Shown: one piece after another, positions 60,634-64,000 of the stretch
How the letters are laid out: each line of letters opens with the position of its first letter
Numbering within the stretch: position 1 is the first letter of the stretch
Program-made: the position numbers and the translations under genes
The notes under the pieces: generated by a model
Database searches by the model: none
The model's input: only the letters and a program-made list of their open reading frames with translations
What the model was told of the DNA's origin: nothing
NCBI GenBank assembly: GCA_016930255.1
Contig: JAFGHB010000022.1
Location: forward strand, 14,989-78,988
From: Methanomicrobia archaeon
Lineage (GTDB): Archaea; Halobacteriota; Syntropharchaeia; Alkanophagales; Methanospirareceae
DNA length: 64,000 bases
Direction: 5' to 3'

Positions 60634-61995
60634 CTAAAAGGTAAAGCTCTTCGGTAATCGCTTATGCGTGAATTCCTTCGCATCACTACCCACATAGGGT
60701 GCGACGGTCTGCCCTGAACCGACCAAGAGATATTTATAGATAACCAGCCCTTCTAAGCCGACTGGCCCCCGCGCATGCACCTTGTACGTGCTGATACCGA
60801 CTTCGGCACCCTTGCCGTATCGGAATCCATCGCTGAACCGTGTGGATGCGTTATGCATGACCGAAGAGGAGTCGACGAACTGCAGAAACTTCAGCGCGGT
60901 GTTCTTATTATCCGTAACGATCGCATCGGTATGGCCGGATCCGTAGGCATTGATATGCTCGATAGCCTCGTCAACGCCGTCAACCACTTTGATAGCGATA
61001 ATCAGGTCGTTATACTCGGTACGCCAATCCTCTTCTGTTGCGGACTTGAGCTCCTTGTTCTCCTTCAAAATGTCCATCGTTTTAGGACAGGCGCGTACCT
61101 CGACACCTGCTGCCAGGTACCGGTCGACCATGCGCGGTAGGAACTCGCGTGCAATTGCAGCATCCACAAGCAGCGTCTCCGCAGCGTTACAAACCGCAGG
61201 ATATTGCACCTTTGCATCGTAACTGATATCCAGCGCCATAGCCACGTCAGCGTCCCGGTCGACGTACACGTGGCAGATTCCATCAGCATGCCCGAGGACC
61301 ATGATACTGGTGTTCTCCTGGATGTATTTCACCAGCTGGTTGCTTCCCCGTGGCACGATGAGGTCGATATAGTCGGACAATCGGAGCATCTCCTTAACGT
61401 CCTCTCGTGTTTCCAATAGCTGGATCCAGCCCCCAGGGATACCGTTGCCTTCGGCCGCCGCCGTTGCGACAAGGTCAAAGAGCGCTTCGTTTGAATACCG
61501 CGCTTCCGATCCGCCCTTGAGCAGCACGGCATTGCCGGTCTTCAGGCAGAGCGCGGAAATTTGCACGAGCACATCGGGTCGTGATTCGAAGATCGTACCG
61601 ATCACGCCGATGGGGCAGGAAACCTGAAAGAGCTCTAAACCTTCGTCTAACTCAATCGCGGCGAGCGTTTTCCCAACGGGATCCGGTAATTTCTCGACGT
61701 CCTTTACGCTCAGGATCATCTCGTTTATCTTCGCATCGTCCAGGATCAGCCGATGGAGAAGCGCTTGGGACATCTTCCCCGCCTCTACCAACTCGCGAGC
61801 AAGGGCGATGTCTTTGCTATTCGCCGCCAGTATCGCTTTCCGTTTTGCATCAAGCGCTTCTGCGATTTGGAGCAAGGCGCTGTTCTTCTCAGCCGTTGTC
61901 GCGCTCCCCAATTTAATCGAGGCTGCACGCGCCATCTTCGCTTTCTCTACTATTCCGGTACCAGACGCTAATCCGGGGTCCTTACCCTGTGTCAT
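60634..61995 (-). CDS. proA: glutamate-5-semialdehyde dehydrogenase (gamma-glutamyl phosphate reductase)
   Basis: ALDH-fold ProA motifs (ESRPDV, GNAVLLKGG, catalytic Cys region CNAAETLL). Confidence 0.85.
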   Translation of the reverse strand: MTQGKDPGLASGTGIVEKAKMARAASIKLGSATTAEKNSALLQIAEALDAKRKAILAANSKDIALARELVEAGKMSQALLHRLILDDAKINEMILSVKDVEKLPDPVGKTLAAIELDEGLELFQVSCPIGVIGTIFESRPDVLVQISALCLKTGNAVLLKGGSEARYSNEALFDLVATAAAEGNGIPGGWIQLLETREDVKEMLRLSDYIDLIVPRGSNQLVKYIQENTSIMVLGHADGICHVYVDRDADVAMALDISYDAKVQYPAVCNAAETLLVDAAIAREFLPRMVDRYLAAGVEVRACPKTMDILKENKELKSATEEDWRTEYNDLIIAIKVVDGVDEAIEHINAYGSGHTDAIVTDNKNTALKFLQFVDSSSVMHNASTRFSDGFRYGKGAEVGISTYKVHARGPVGLEGLVIYKYLLVGSGQTVAPYVGSDAKEFTHKRLPKSFTF

Positions 61996-62041
61996 CTTCG
62001 TAACCTCCTCGGTTATAGGAATGGTATGATCTCGTGATAGA

Positions 62042-63181
62042 TTATCTTATGTACTGCCCGCCGTCCAACGGTGCTGCCGTCCAGAGGTCCCAGCTATCGT
62101 CAGGAAGTGGCTGAAGATTGTTCATTTCGTACTGATCCCGGTTGGTGTTATAGGTATCATAAAATCCGTTCTCGACCTCGTAGACCTCACCCGTTTCGGG
62201 ATCGTACACGCGTTCGTTACCCAGGATCGCGTCGCTTCGCTTCTCCGCGACGATGTCGTCCACCTTGTTTCTACTCTCCCAGCCGTCCATGATGATGTCC
62301 GATGCCTCGCTGAGCGTCTTGCCGGCTTCGAGAATGGCGCCATACGTCTGCGCTTGCTGCTGCATGCAGTTCTGGGCGTATGATTGAGAGACGGTGAAAC
62401 TCTGCATTGATGCGGCAAGGGAGTTTTCGAGATAGCGGAATTCCTGCTTGGGCGCGGTAATGCCCATAACCTGGAAGCCGTACGCGATATCGCCGCCGGG
62501 ACCGCCCATTGCGGGCAGAACGGGCGCGACGGTAACCAGGAAAAGCCCTTCTGCTACCGCACCATCCTGGACAAACAATCCTCGTACGAGCTCGGTTGTG
62601 CCGCCGGAAATGAAACTCGATTGTGAGGTTGTAGAAATGACTTCAAAGTGCTCCAGCGGCGGTGCCTGCGGCATGAACGACTGCGCGATGCTCGTTTCCG
62701 TGATGAGATGGAACTGTTGGAGGAAATTCTCAGGTGTTAGGGGGTCAACCACGGGCATCTCGATATACTGGATTGGATAGCCGCCCATGCTCATGTAGTC
62801 GTAGTCAATCTGCTTCTGCTCTTCGCTCATGTAGACCGGGCCAACCTCGCCGAAGAAGAAGACCTGCCGCAGCGGGTCCTGGGGGTCGCGGAGCAAGAAC
62901 GCGAAATCGGCGCACGAGCCTGCGGTATAAATGTTCCAGCCCTGTGGTTTATCGATCGTGAAGAATCCACCGTTAAAGGTTTCCAAGCTCAGCGCGACGG
63001 GTTCTTCAGACGTTTGCGGGGTTTCTGAGGCCCCGCCGGTCTCTGCAACGTCTGATGAAGGTTCGCCGGAGATCTCCGGTTCGGATACTTCCTCCTCGAC
63101 GCATCCCAAACAGGCAACGACCGAAACGAGCACGATGAGCACAAGAAAAACAGCACGTTTTCTTCTCATTTTCAGCTTCAC
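62042..63181 (-). CDS. hypothetical secreted lipoprotein
   Basis: Signal peptide with a lipobox-like VACLGC, then an acidic Glu/Pro linker. Confidence 0.45.
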   Translation of the reverse strand: MKLKMRRKRAVFLVLIVLVSVVACLGCVEEEVSEPEISGEPSSDVAETGGASETPQTSEEPVALSLETFNGGFFTIDKPQGWNIYTAGSCADFAFLLRDPQDPLRQVFFFGEVGPVYMSEEQKQIDYDYMSMGGYPIQYIEMPVVDPLTPENFLQQFHLITETSIAQSFMPQAPPLEHFEVISTTSQSSFISGGTTELVRGLFVQDGAVAEGLFLVTVAPVLPAMGGPGGDIAYGFQVMGITAPKQEFRYLENSLAASMQSFTVSQSYAQNCMQQQAQTYGAILEAGKTLSEASDIIMDGWESRNKVDDIVAEKRSDAILGNERVYDPETGEVYEVENGFYDTYNTNRDQYEMNNLQPLPDDSWDLWTAAPLDGGQYIR

Positions 63182-63234
63182 GCTCCGTTGTTGGTTTTTC
63201 TCATTATTTAAGGTTTTCTTTTTTGTTCTGTGTT

Positions 63235-64000
63235 TTAGTGTTTGGCCAGGAATGCCAAGACGAACCGGGAAAGTTCAGGGAGCTTTTCTGGAATGAGCAC
63301 GTTATGAGCGACACCGTCCAGTATTACCCACGTTGAGCCTTGGATAGCGTGATGGATCTGTTCGGAGAAGCGGAGCGGGACGAACGTATCCTCGCGACCG
63401 GAAATGATCAGCGTCGGAAGCGCGAGCCGGGATAGCCGATCCGCTACATTGAACTCCACACACGCATCAATGGCACGGACAAGAGCAGTGGCGGAATTCA
63501 TCGCGACCATTTCCTCCTTAACCATTGCGATCTCATCGGCATGTGCAGCGGCGAACTCTGGAGTGACAGTTCGTTTAACCGCATCATCGAAGAATGCCGG
63601 GCAACCGCCCGTAATCAGGCTGTTTCGAAGCTTTTTGAACGTATCCTGCAAAGCAGGATCGGTATAGCTAAACGTGGAGAGGAGTATGAGCGAACGAACT
63701 TTTTCGGGATGTTCGAGGGCACATTGCTGGGCTATGGCTCCGCCCAGGGAAAGCCCGAGCAGATGGGCCCGTGGGATATCCAGTTCTCGCAGAAACTCAC
63801 AAAGGTCATCGGAGAATTGCCGGATGGAATACGGCATATCAGGTTTCCCTGAGCGTCCATGGCCTCTGACATCCAGGGCGATGGTCCGGTACTTTTTGGC
63901 TAAATCGGGCATCAGCGGCGTCCACAGGCGGGCATCATCGGACAGCCCGTGAAGCAAGATAAGGGGAAAACCAGCCCCTTCTTCATGGTAATTGAGCTCT
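63235..64000 (-). CDS. alpha/beta-hydrolase-fold protein, partial at the window edge
   Basis: The ...YHEEGAGFPLILLHGLSDDARLW frame continues without a stop to position 64000. GLSLGG nucleophile elbow. The apparent ATG at 63984 is out of frame. Confidence 0.7.
   Translation of the reverse strand, partial: ELNYHEEGAGFPLILLHGLSDDARLWTPLMPDLAKKYRTIALDVRGHGRSGKPDMPYSIRQFSDDLCEFLRELDIPRAHLLGLSLGGAIAQQCALEHPEKVRSLILLSTFSYTDPALQDTFKKLRNSLITGGCPAFFDDAVKRTVTPEFAAAHADEIAMVKEEMVAMNSATALVRAIDACVEFNVADRLSRLALPTLIISGREDTFVPLRFSEQIHHAIQGSTWVILDGVAHNVLIPEKLPELSRFVLAFLAKH

Noticed and set aside
1-64000. CRISPR arrays, rRNA genes, transposases/integrases
   Set aside because: I saw no short regularly spaced direct repeats, no rRNA-like conserved stretches, and no DDE/tyrosine-recombinase motifs in any frame I examined.

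Overview
This window looks like an archaeal chromosomal segment, probably from a methanogen-related euryarchaeon. The evidence is a partial HdrA-like gene, archaeal-type AspRS, S8e, cupin-type PGI, CarS, archaeal apgM, PdaD, RadA, an Sm-like protein and a methanogen-marker-like activase ATPase. I found no rRNA, CRISPR arrays, integrases or transposases. I see one tRNA, tRNA-His(GTG) with an encoded G-1, at 42117-42189. The housekeeping backbone (NadE, SppA, AroD, dCMP deaminase, PurE, ProC, ProA, ArgH, PyrC-like, Ndk, MsrB) is broken up by accessory or compositionally odd segments.

(1) About 9 kb at 15000-24100 is made up of minus-strand genes for secreted or membrane-anchored proteins, including a C39-like cysteine peptidase. 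Four non-homologous operons in it are each preceded by the same conserved, GC-rich, hairpin-containing leader of roughly 200-400 bp, and the conservation runs right up to the ribosome-binding site.

(2) A low-GC single gene (30150-31868) encodes a SIR2_2-type SIR2 domain fused to an unknown helical C-terminus.

(3) A low-GC single gene (52494-55364) encodes a DUF4062-like domain fused to an NB-ARC (STAND) NTPase and TPR repeats.

(4) The region 32000-42200 next to tRNA-His holds a RelBE-like pair, NERD, DUF169, a trypsin-like protease, a methyltransferase with an in-frame TAG, and a small zinc-finger gene that also has a decayed second copy.

(5) A low-GC membrane-protein gene sits at 10884-11912.

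Four CDSs carry single-base frameshifts. Each is repairable by adding or removing one base in a short homopolymer: the tandem-repeat surface protein (two sites), hicA and relE. I read this as evidence that the assembly carries homopolymer indel errors rather than that these are true pseudogenes.
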